Shown in pieces: positions 1-7,430 of a stretch of 37,791 bases of DNA. The first letter of the stretch is position 1. Every line of letters starts with the position of its first letter. The stretch comes from a virus. Lineage: Duplodnaviria; Caudoviricetes. The notes below the pieces were generated by a model. It saw nothing but the letters and a program-made list of their open reading frames with translations, was not told where the DNA came from and ran no database searches. The translations under genes and the position numbers were made by a program. The DNA is taken from IMG/VR virus record IMGVR_UViG_3300017754_000073, positions 1-37,791 of that record. The stretch is one strand, 5' to 3'.

Positions 1-1993
1 AGTATGCCTTGATGTCCGCTTCAAACTGCTTGATTTGCATCTCACGGGCTTCCATGCTCTGGTTGACGTTTTGCAACATCTGGAACATGTTCTCCATCTC
101 AGCGGCCATTGCCTCCATCTGCTGGTTGGCAGCGGCCAAGGCTGGATCATCTTCGTCGGCCAACACTTTGGGGTCGATGGTTTTCTTGAACCGCTTGGCG
201 AGGTCTTGAGCACCGGGCCAGTCCATGTTCTTGACAAACAGGTCGCCAGCGACTTGCCACAACTGTGGGTTGCCTTGCAGCAACTGAGCCATGCTCTCCA
301 AAGCCTCTTGACGCTTGGTAGCGTAGCCGGGACCGGTGATCACGCGCACATCGTACTTGCCAACGCCGGGGTTGTAGACCTTCTCGATGAGGTTGCCCTC
401 TTGGTCCACGATCCGCTTGACAGGTTCTTCCTGCATCGGGTTCATCTTGACGGTTGCTGGCTCACCATCTTCGCCAATGATGCGGGCAATGCGCTCTGTG
501 TCGTAAATCTTGGGGATCAGGTCCACGAGTTGGCGGCCAATGTGACGGATCGCACGGGCCAAGTTGTCAACGTAGTGGTAGGTGCCGATGTCACCTTCGC
601 GCTGGCGGGCCAAGATGGCCTTGCCAGAACGCTCGTTGCTGGTCATGCCCAGCGAGGCGTTGTATTGGCCGGTGGCCGACTTGATGTCTTCGGCAGCGCC
701 CGCCTTGGCTTGCAGGAGGCCGCTGGAGGCCATTGGAGGCTGTGCCCGCTGGGGTAGTGGCAACACAGCGCCTTGGCCGTCTGTAACGTCAGGATTGACC
801 TCCAGATAGGGCCAGTTGTTCGTGTTGGCAGTCTTCCACTGCTGCTCGTAGCCTTCAAACTGACCGCCGTACCCGATGAACGGGGCTTTGGGGGCCAGCG
901 CCAGCATCTCAGCTTCCTGCGACACCCAGTAGTTGTACATGCGCTGGGCATCCTTGGCGTTGCGCACCAAGCCCGACACGTACATTTGGCCGTCCACCTC
1001 AAACTCGTTGCCGACCACGCGCACCACGGGGATGTATGTGCCAGCCCACTCGCGTTCTTCAAGGATGTCGTAGCCGTTGATCTTGCACCACTTGACCTTT
1101 TTGCGATCAGCTTCGCGGGTGCGCAGGGGCTTGCCAAACATCATGCGCAGGGTCTTGTCCTCGGGCGTACCGCTGAACGCAGTCTGGTTGCCGGGGTACA
1201 GGTTGAGCGTCTGCTTCTCGTACTCGATGTAAAAGTACTCGGCGATGCGGATGGTGTTTTCGTTGATCCACTGGCTGATGGACTGATCGCCCACACCAAG
1301 GCTCATGAGGGTGCTGATGGGCGCTGCATCGGGGTACAAACGCTCGTATTCGGCCTTGGGGATGTCTTCCGTGACAAAGCACCACTTGGCATCTGCACCC
1401 GTGGGGTCTTGGATCAGGGGGTCCATGTAGACGCTGAAGCTGTTGCGGATGCGCCCGATCTTGATGTCCTGATCAAAGGTGTCTTCGTCGCAGTACTCGG
1501 TCAGCAGACGGATGTAGCCTTCGCCATAGGACACTTGGTTCTCGCAGGCGGTGTCGTAGGCCACGTCAGCATCGGAGATGTACTCGATGTGGCGAATCAC
1601 GCCGTTGAACACATCGGCCACGTCCACATCAGCCTTGTCGTCAGCCGGGATCACTTTGATGCCGGGACGGTTCATGCGCTGCTCGTTCGTCACCTGATGG
1701 ACGTGCTGGGGCAGCTTGTTGATGGTCAGGCAAGGACGGGCGTTGATGGTCTGACCCTGCACGGCACCACGAGTCTGGAGCACGTCAGCGGGCCACTGCC
1801 ACTGGTTGTCTGGGGAGCCTGCGTAGAACCGCAGGTCGTCGAGTTCGTCTTCCCGTGTCTCGGAAAACGCAGCCATTGCCGTCTTCATGCGTGATCGGGC
1901 AACAGTCAGAATTTCCTCGGAACCGCCTTTTGACGGGTACGGGCCGTTTTTTGCCACATTTGCTGCGGCTACGATTCCGGTGGTGTCTTTCAT
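1..1993 (-). CDS. P22-like portal protein (3' end beyond window)
   Basis: Absent from the ORF track because no stop codon is in the window. Hand translation from ATG 1993: MKDTTGIVAAANVAKNG...DDLRFYAGSPDNQWQWP...RPCLTINKLPQHVHQVTNEQRMNRPGIKVIP. The same frame reads ...QIKQFEADIKAY at the window edge. RPCLTIN is typical of P22-type portals. ATGA overlap with groES. Confidence 0.93.
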   Translation of the reverse strand, partial: MKDTTGIVAAANVAKNGPYPSKGGSEEILTVARSRMKTAMAAFSETREDELDDLRFYAGSPDNQWQWPADVLQTRGAVQGQTINARPCLTINKLPQHVHQVTNEQRMNRPGIKVIPADDKADVDVADVFNGVIRHIEYISDADVAYDTACENQVSYGEGYIRLLTEYCDEDTFDQDIKIGRIRNSFSVYMDPLIQDPTGADAKWCFVTEDIPKAEYERLYPDAAPISTLMSLGVGDQSISQWINENTIRIAEYFYIEYEKQTLNLYPGNQTAFSGTPEDKTLRMMFGKPLRTREADRKKVKWCKINGYDILEEREWAGTYIPVVRVVGNEFEVDGQMYVSGLVRNAKDAQRMYNYWVSQEAEMLALAPKAPFIGYGGQFEGYEQQWKTANTNNWPYLEVNPDVTDGQGAVLPLPQRAQPPMASSGLLQAKAGAAEDIKSATGQYNASLGMTSNERSGKAILARQREGDIGTYHYVDNLARAIRHIGRQLVDLIPKIYDTERIARIIGEDGEPATVKMNPMQEEPVKRIVDQEGNLIEKVYNPGVGKYDVRVITGPGYATKRQEALESMAQLLQGNPQLWQVAGDLFVKNMDWPGAQDLAKRFKKTIDPKVLADEDDPALAAANQQMEAMAAEMENMFQMLQNVNQSMEAREMQIKQFEADIKAY

Positions 1994-2238
1994 GCGTCAA
2001 ATACTCCGAGGGTGTGTGATTCCCTCATGACTAGAAGGTTGTCACCCTGCCATTGTACGTCTTGGCCGATGGAATCACCAAATAGCACTTTGTCGCCGAC
2101 TTTCACGTCTTTGGCGTCTGGGCCAGCGGAGATTACCACACCTGTGCCCGTTTGTTTCTCTCGCAATAGGATGAAAAGCTCGTGTTTCTCCATGTCTGGG
2201 CGCACGATCAGGCAGTCTTGCAGGGCTTGCAGGTTCAT
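1990..2238 (-). CDS. groES: GroES/Cpn10-like co-chaperonin
   Basis: LQALQDCLIVRP...GVVISAGPDAKDVKVGDKVLFG...LLVMRESHTLGV follows the Cpn10 pattern; mobile-loop segment is short. Confidence 0.85.
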   Translation of the reverse strand: MNLQALQDCLIVRPDMEKHELFILLREKQTGTGVVISAGPDAKDVKVGDKVLFGDSIGQDVQWQGDNLLVMRESHTLGVFDA

Positions 2239-2462
2239 ACTTTATTCTCGTCTAAACGGTGATCACCACACCAATCATTTACAAAAACAACAGGATATCC
2301 GCTAATTGTAGGTGCGTGGCGGCGGCAACGACCTAAATGATAGACGGGGTTTAATTCGTTAATTGTCCCTGCTTTTATGGTTTGCTTTGGGGCAAACCAA
2401 ATGCAAGTTTTGCAACGCATTCCTTCGGAACGATGCACCCAAGGGTCTTGATGTTCAGCCAT
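2235..2462 (-). CDS. Small Cys-rich, probably metal-binding protein (75 aa)
   Basis: ATG at 2462 preceded by AAGGAG; CKTC...GRCRRHAP...DWCGDH pattern; overlaps both neighbours. Confidence 0.7.
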   Translation of the reverse strand: MAEHQDPWVHRSEGMRCKTCIWFAPKQTIKAGTINELNPVYHLGRCRRHAPTISGYPVVFVNDWCGDHRLDENKV

Positions 2463-2610
2463 TTTTACTCCTTGAGGTAGGCTTTTTCTCTGCCGAGCGT
2501 TTAACGGCATAGCTTATTGCCAGCGCCTGCTTCACAGGCTTGCCAGCGGCTACTTCGGCCTTGACGTTCTTGCGAAACGCCTCTTTTGAGGGTGATTTGA
2601 CGAGGGGCAT
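2455..2610 (-). CDS. Small basic phage protein (51 aa)
   Basis: Below ORF-track cutoff: MPLVKSPSKEAFRKNVKAEVAAGKPVKQALAISYAVKRSAEKKPTSRSKNG. The MPLxK...KQAxAIxY type is common near terminase/portal genes. Starts 2 nt after the terL stop. Confidence 0.8.
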   Translation of the reverse strand: MPLVKSPSKEAFRKNVKAEVAAGKPVKQALAISYAVKRSAEKKPTSRSKNG

Positions 2611-2612
2611 GT

Positions 2613-4142
2613 CTAGCTTCCCATCCAAGAAGTGAGGGCAGCACCGTTTTGAGCGTTGCGCCGGATTGTTGTGCGGTCGTCAGTGTACTCTCGATGAGCC
2701 ACTGGGAAAGCAAACGTCACGCAGATCGCATCAGCGGCATCTGGAGAAGCAAGGCCTCTTGCCTTCATGTCCTTCTTGCTCTCCAAAAAGATGGTGCCTC
2801 TGGAATCAGGCTTGATCATAGGCGAAACCAGATCAGTCTTCAAGAACCTGTCCTTGGGGATGCTGGCAGATCTCAGCCAGTCCTTCATCTTGCCCCACAT
2901 CTCAGCGCGTTTGTTGCCGTACATGATGGGGTTGGCGCTTTTGTTGCCAAAGTTGATGCCCTTGATCTTGTAGCGCTGCTCTTTGAGCCGGTCAACGATG
3001 CCGGCTCCAAGGCCTCCTTCGTCAATGACCACCAGGGCAGGCTTGAACTCCTCAATGGCCTCAATGATGTGGCCCACCACCGTCATGGTGTCATCTCCTC
3101 GGTGGCGGTCGATCCTCACAATGTCACGGCCTTGCCGGATGGCGATCACGGTGGCATCGGCTCCAAAGCGTGCGGGGTCAACTCCAATGATGATGGGCGC
3201 GGTCTGGTCCTTGTACTTGGCCCTGCTCATGGCCTCGTCCACAATGCTCGACGGGATGAACTGGTCATCTCCAGCGTTGGGGAACTGGCCGTAAACCTCA
3301 ACGTGAGCCTGGCTGCTGTCTGGGCCATATTCGTCGATGATGTTCTGGTAAACAGCCTTGTCGGTGCCTTCGACTGTGCGGGCGTCCACCACCTTGGTGG
3401 TCCAGAAGTCTCGCTTGGAGTGGAACGTCTCGTAGAAGTAGCCAGTGTTTCGCCGTGGGTTGGAGAAAGCCAGCCACAAGCGATTAGGGGTGTTTTCGGT
3501 AAAGAATCCAGCCGTAACAGCCCAGATGCTGTCCTCGATACCGGAGGCTTCGTCAAAGATCACCATCACACCATCAAAGTTGTGGACTCCAGCGTAAGCG
3601 TCTGGGTTTTCGGCTGACCACAGCCGGCCCTCGACAGCCCAGTAGCGGGTGCCCTTCTTGAGATCCTTCTCAACCAGGTCGGTAAGCCAGTTGGCAGGGG
3701 TGATCTTGGTGGCCGCAACCTCAAACCAGTGGCTGTTGATGCTCATCGCCAACCACTTGGTGATCTCGGCCCATGTCACGGCTCTAAGCTGAGACTCGCT
3801 GTTGGCAGAGATGATCGTTGTCGAGCCTATGCGGGTGGAAAGCATCCAGATGGTGAGCCAACTGACGAGCGCAGACTTGCCGATACCACGGCCAGAAGAG
3901 ACTGCATGGCGCAGTGTCTCAAAATCTATGCGGCCCTGCTGGCGCTTGATGTGCGCAGTGATCTCTCTGAGCACTTCCCTTTGCCATTTGCGCGGACCCT
4001 TGAAGTTCGCCAGTGGCGTGTTCTCTTGGCCCCAAGGGAAAGCAAACAGCACAAAGGCTTCAGGGTCATCGGCAATCGCCGGCGTCCACAGCGTTGCCAT
4101 TAACTCCTGCTCGTCTTCGGGCTTGTAGATGGTGGTTTGCAT
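2613..4142 (-). CDS. terL: Terminase large subunit
   Basis: Walker A SGRGIGKS, Walker B VIFDEASG, motif III FSNP, RNase H-like nuclease IGVDPARFGAD and SPDAADA. Confidence 0.96.
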   Translation of the reverse strand: MQTTIYKPEDEQELMATLWTPAIADDPEAFVLFAFPWGQENTPLANFKGPRKWQREVLREITAHIKRQQGRIDFETLRHAVSSGRGIGKSALVSWLTIWMLSTRIGSTTIISANSESQLRAVTWAEITKWLAMSINSHWFEVAATKITPANWLTDLVEKDLKKGTRYWAVEGRLWSAENPDAYAGVHNFDGVMVIFDEASGIEDSIWAVTAGFFTENTPNRLWLAFSNPRRNTGYFYETFHSKRDFWTTKVVDARTVEGTDKAVYQNIIDEYGPDSSQAHVEVYGQFPNAGDDQFIPSSIVDEAMSRAKYKDQTAPIIIGVDPARFGADATVIAIRQGRDIVRIDRHRGDDTMTVVGHIIEAIEEFKPALVVIDEGGLGAGIVDRLKEQRYKIKGINFGNKSANPIMYGNKRAEMWGKMKDWLRSASIPKDRFLKTDLVSPMIKPDSRGTIFLESKKDMKARGLASPDAADAICVTFAFPVAHREYTDDRTTIRRNAQNGAALTSWMGS

Positions 4143-4164
4143 TTATCTAGCGTTTTGATAGAAT
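4137..4164 (+). promoter_or_regulatory. Sigma70-like promoter overlapped by a 17-bp operator (4146-4162)
   Basis: TTGCAT (4137-4142), 16-nt spacer, TGnTAGAAT extended -10 (4156-4164), ATG 6 nt later. TCTAGCGTTTTGATAGA matches the operator family at 11042, 11096, 11118 and 16739. Confidence 0.65.
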
Positions 4165-4170
4165 GAAGGC

Positions 4171-4377
4171 ATGATTCTATCCCCAATTGTCAACACCGAC
4201 ATCAAGATGCCAAAGCAAATGCTTGATGCTCTTGGCTTGCACGAAACCAGGTGCGTTGTCACCGGCGTCTCGGCTGTCACCGAGGCATCGGTGCGGGCGT
4301 TCTTGGCAGAACGGTACGGGGAAAAATTCGCCAGCAAATTCGACCCCAAATTCTTGTTCAGTATCCCAGGCGCTTGA
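4171..4377 (+). CDS. Small hypothetical protein, antisense to the packaging operon, probably leaderless
   Basis: 68 aa with protein-like composition; fills the gap between terL and the 474-aa gene; promoter directly upstream; 3' end overlaps the convergent gene by 20 nt. Confidence 0.65.
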   Translation: MILSPIVNTDIKMPKQMLDALGLHETRCVVTGVSAVTEASVRAFLAERYGEKFASKFDPKFLFSIPGA

Positions 4378-5782
4378 GCAACTGGTTGGTGATCACTCCA
4401 GAGTACGGCTTCATCTGCAACGCACGAATGTCCGTGGCTCTTGGGTTTTTCGGGTCCGGTATGCCTCTGGCCTGCACCACTTCCGGCATCAACTCAAAAA
4501 TGTTCCTGTCTTCCACCAACGTGCCCAAGCCCTGACCCGGCACCCCTCGGGGGTAAGACGGATGACCAGACTCCATGATCATCGGACGGCCAGCAAAGAT
4601 CTCGCCCACGTTCATCACACCACCCTCTTGCGCAGCCAGTTGCGCCGGATCAGACACAGCCAACCTCGCGCCACCAATGTTCAATCCTCCAGTGTCGCGG
4701 AAATTGGTGTCCATCATGTTCTTGACAGCCTTGCGCACCTTGTCCGGCGCATCGCGGAACTGCTGCACACTGGCCGGATCTGACACACCAGCCCACTCGG
4801 GAATCATCTTCTTGATCGACCGGTCCAGACTTCTTTTCTGCATCTTCCCCATCGCGCTGTCAGCATACGCCAACATCGTCTCACCAGTCATCGCAGCAAA
4901 ATCACCACCAGTCGGTGCCATGCGCCAAGGCATATACAACGGATCCTTGCCGGTCGCCTGCTTGATCTCCGCAGCCTGCTGCATCAACTGCTTGACCGGC
5001 TGCTGCGCACTGGCCCAAACCTGCCCAGGATTGTTGAACATGAAATCCTGCCCACCCATCAACTCCACAGGCCGGTTGAACTTCACATCGTCAATACCCA
5101 CCAGCTTGCCGCCAGCAGCCGTTCGGTCAGCCATGCTCGTGATAAACGGCCTGCCCTCAAAATCAGCCAGAGACACAGTGGGCGCATTCTGAGCACTAGG
5201 ATTCAACTGGATGTCGCGGGTCATCGCCTGCAAACGCTCTTGCTCCTTCACCCGTGGGTCAAACCTCGGGTCAAACACACCAAAGCCACTGCGGCCCTGC
5301 GTTGGCAATACCTGACTTCTGCTGCCCTGCACCAAACCCAGCGCCAGTTCAGCCGGCAAACCACCGCGCTCCATGATGCCCGGCAACACGCGCTCGGCGT
5401 AACGCTCACCAGCCTTGCCTGCTTGCATCGCAGCCTTAGTCGCAGCCCTTGATGCGGCCAATGTCGCCATCGTCACAGGCTGCGCTGCCGGTGCAACTGC
5501 CATCGCCGCCTCGATTGCCTCTGGCCGGATGCGTGTCGTCATCCCTGCACCAGTCGTCAAGGGTTCGCCGTAGGAAAGGCGGTCCAGTGTCTGGCTGATT
5601 GCCGGAGCACTGAGGAACTGGGCCAAGCCCTGCATCTGCTGCGTGCGCTGCGGTGCGTAAGACGCCGCCGCCAGATCAGCCAAATAACCCAGCACCTGAT
5701 TGCGCGGGGTCGCGCTCATGCTGTCTTGATACGCCAGCATGTTCGCTGGGCGCTGCGTGAGGGCGTTGCTGTAGATAGGCAT
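4358..5782 (-). CDS. Hypothetical protein, possibly an internal virion/injected protein (474 aa)
   Basis: Long ORF with genome-typical codons; Ala/Gln-rich N-terminal third resembling ejection proteins; globular C-terminal region with HPSYPRGVPG. Function not recognised. Confidence 0.8.
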   Translation of the reverse strand: MPIYSNALTQRPANMLAYQDSMSATPRNQVLGYLADLAAASYAPQRTQQMQGLAQFLSAPAISQTLDRLSYGEPLTTGAGMTTRIRPEAIEAAMAVAPAAQPVTMATLAASRAATKAAMQAGKAGERYAERVLPGIMERGGLPAELALGLVQGSRSQVLPTQGRSGFGVFDPRFDPRVKEQERLQAMTRDIQLNPSAQNAPTVSLADFEGRPFITSMADRTAAGGKLVGIDDVKFNRPVELMGGQDFMFNNPGQVWASAQQPVKQLMQQAAEIKQATGKDPLYMPWRMAPTGGDFAAMTGETMLAYADSAMGKMQKRSLDRSIKKMIPEWAGVSDPASVQQFRDAPDKVRKAVKNMMDTNFRDTGGLNIGGARLAVSDPAQLAAQEGGVMNVGEIFAGRPMIMESGHPSYPRGVPGQGLGTLVEDRNIFELMPEVVQARGIPDPKNPRATDIRALQMKPYSGVITNQLLKRLGY

Positions 5783-5794
5783 AGGGCGATGTTA

Positions 5795-5880
5795 AATCAA
5801 AAATCAAAAAACAAAAAATTAAAAAATGTCGGAGGGGGTACCGTGACCGTGGCCGTTCCCCGCCGGCCCCCACCCCCCCC
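5795..5880 (-). other. G-tract followed by repeated T-tracts; candidate packaging/terminus-associated sequence
   Basis: Minus strand reads G8-T-G5-CCGGC-G4...GGTACCCCC...TTTTTTAATTTTTTGTTTTTTGATTTTTGATTT, in non-coding DNA downstream of terS. Confidence 0.4.
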
Positions 5881-5910
5881 GCCTCGCCGGCCAAAAACGC
5901 CGGTTGCACG

Positions 5911-5999
5911 TTGTCCACAGGGTTTTTGTGCAGGTTATCCACAGCAGCCTGTGGATAACTGGGTTTGTAACCCGCAAGTGCTAGTAAATCTGTGGATAA
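5911..5999. promoter_or_regulatory. DnaA-box cluster
   Basis: TTGTCCACA 5911-5919 (1 mismatch), TTATCCACA 5935-5943, TGTGGATAA 5950-5958, TGTGGATAA 5991-5999. Confidence 0.85.
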
Positions 6000-6009
6000 C
6001 TTGGCATCG

Positions 6010-6037
6010 ACTTAACATAATGGACGTTGTATGAAGT
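6010..6037 (-). other. dif: dif-like XerC/XerD recombination site
   Basis: Minus strand ACTTCATACAA-CGTCCA-TTATGTTAAGT: 11-6-11 layout; right arm 10/11 identical to the E. coli XerD arm TTATGTTAAAT; arms are 8/11 inverted repeats. Confidence 0.8.
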
Positions 6038-6052
6038 AGACCTGCGTTTGCG

Positions 6053-6068
6053 TCAGGGTTAACCCTGA
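6053..6068. repeat. Perfect 16-bp palindrome TCAGGGTTAACCCTGA
   Basis: Read directly; 15 bp from the dif-like site. Confidence 0.7.
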
Positions 6069-6152
6069 TGCGTCTGCGTTGGGCGCGGGCGCGTATTGCT
6101 AAACTTTTCGTGCGGAAAGCGCCCAAACCCCGCATGATTACCCTCACCAAAG

Positions 6153-6671
6153 TCACGAATCAACCGTCTTTGACTCAACATCGACGACATTGCTCTCGTC
6201 CTTTAAGACACGTTGTTTCGCTTCTTTCAGTGCATCCATGACGCTGATGCGTGTATCGGTCACGGCAACGTCGATGCGGTCGCCATAGCGTTTGGCGTAC
6301 AGCTTGGATGCAACCCACTTGCGAGCATCCACCTGCATCCGTTTTTGTTGAACCCAAGCAGATGCCATTGGTCCTTCCAAGTGTGCCGGCATTTCAGCGT
6401 CCGACAACTCGATGATCTCTTCAGCCAAACGATCTGCTCTGTTCTCGGTCGCCTTGTCATACATGGCTCGGAACTCTGCATTGTTCCGAATCATCACCAT
6501 TGCGCATTGAAGGCTTGGCATTCCTTCGGCTTTGAGTGTGGTGGTCAGGCTTTTGCCAGTTGAGATCTGTTTGCAGATTTCCTGCCAGCATGGGTGTTCA
6601 ATCGGAAACACGGGCTTTCGACCTGGCCCTTTTTTTGTCACTGTCATTTCTGACGCCAAGTTCTGAGTCAC
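6153..6671 (-). CDS. terS: Terminase small subunit (Sf6-like)
   Basis: EICKQISTGKSL...GMPS...EFRAMYDKA...ADRLAEEIIELSD...VDARKWVASKLYAKRYGD is the Sf6-type TerS pattern; GTG start with GGAG RBS. Confidence 0.92.
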   Translation of the reverse strand: MTQNLASEMTVTKKGPGRKPVFPIEHPCWQEICKQISTGKSLTTTLKAEGMPSLQCAMVMIRNNAEFRAMYDKATENRADRLAEEIIELSDAEMPAHLEGPMASAWVQQKRMQVDARKWVASKLYAKRYGDRIDVAVTDTRISVMDALKEAKQRVLKDESNVVDVESKTVDS

Positions 6672-6753
6672 TTGTAGGCTCCTAAAAAATAAGGGTACTC
6701 ACACCGGTGCGGTGCTTTCCCCGAAAGTGCGGCAACTGCATTTTCCCGCCCCG

Positions 6754-7092
6754 TCATGCTATCACCTCGATTTCAACCTTGTAAGTCTTCACGGTGCCAG
6801 GTCTTTGCCTGTACTGCCACTCAACCAGATGACTTCCATCATCAATCCCAAGCCAGTCAGCCACCCCATCCCTCACTGCCTTAAACCCCGACTGCAAATT
6901 ATCCCCATCCAAGGCCCTAGGAGCCACTCTGGTGAGCACAACCGTGCAAGGTGGTACCGGAGGTGCCGCAACACTCGCCAGTGCGTTAAACGCCCTTGTA
7001 CGCTGACTCTTCACCAGCTTCGCCTTCACCGCCCAGTGCATCCTCATGTTCGCCATGCTGACCACCTTCATGTCCATCTCAACTTCAATCAT
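6754..7092 (-). CDS. rusA: RusA-like Holliday junction resolvase
   Basis: DGDNLQSGFKAVRDGVADWLGIDD matches the RusA DxDNxxKxxxD...DD catalytic pattern. Confidence 0.8.
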   Translation of the reverse strand: MIEVEMDMKVVSMANMRMHWAVKAKLVKSQRTRAFNALASVAAPPVPPCTVVLTRVAPRALDGDNLQSGFKAVRDGVADWLGIDDGSHLVEWQYRQRPGTVKTYKVEIEVIA

Positions 7093-7119
7093 CCTGACTC
7101 CTCAAAATCCTAAAACCCG

Positions 7120-7430
7120 TGTACCGACGATTCGACCCGACTTTGTGTACCGAACCGAAGGGGGTATATATACCCCTTCGGTACGTTTCGGTACAACGGG
7201 CAAGTCGGGCATCGGTACGTTTCGGTATGTTTCGGTACATCGGTACATGGTTTCGGTACGATTTGACTGTACCGAACGTACCGAAATCGGTACACATCGG
7301 TACGGTACGGTACATTTCGCCCTCAAAATAATTGCCGTTTCGGTACATCGGTACATCAATTCTGGCTGTTTCTGGCATAGTCATTGCTTAAACCGGCTCC
7401 GAATTTGATGCTTTCGGTACGGTTCGGTAC
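7120..7430. repeat. Iteron-like array (TCGGTAC/GTACCGA) with central palindrome; putative replication origin
   Basis: Roughly 18-20 copies of CGGTAC or its complement in about 310 bp; ACCGAAGGGGG-TATATATA-CCCCTTCGGT at 7154-7182; directly downstream of the primase-helicase gene. Confidence 0.8.

Noticed and set aside
35-1894. Long plus-strand ORFs (240 and 373 aa)
   Set aside because: Antisense shadows of the portal gene, which the track missed because it has no stop in the window.
4143-4349. Minus-strand 68-aa ORF ending just before terL
   Set aside because: TTG start with no RBS and less protein-like than the plus-strand ORF, which has a clear promoter. A role in translational coupling to terL cannot be fully excluded.
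5831-5880. KOPS (GGGNAGGG) motifs near the dif-like site
   Set aside because: The G-runs do not match the octamer on either strand.
5676-6156. Short ORFs across the DnaA-box/dif region (e.g. MDNLHKNPVDN...)
   Set aside because: The VDN/LST/LWIT peptides are simply translations of DnaA boxes and homopolymer tracts.
7085-7408. Several overlapping ORFs over the heptamer array, and the array as a CRISPR
   Set aside because: Open frames arise from stop-free repeats. Units are 6-8 bp with no unique spacers. The Cas4-like gene belongs to the recombination module and there is no cas operon.
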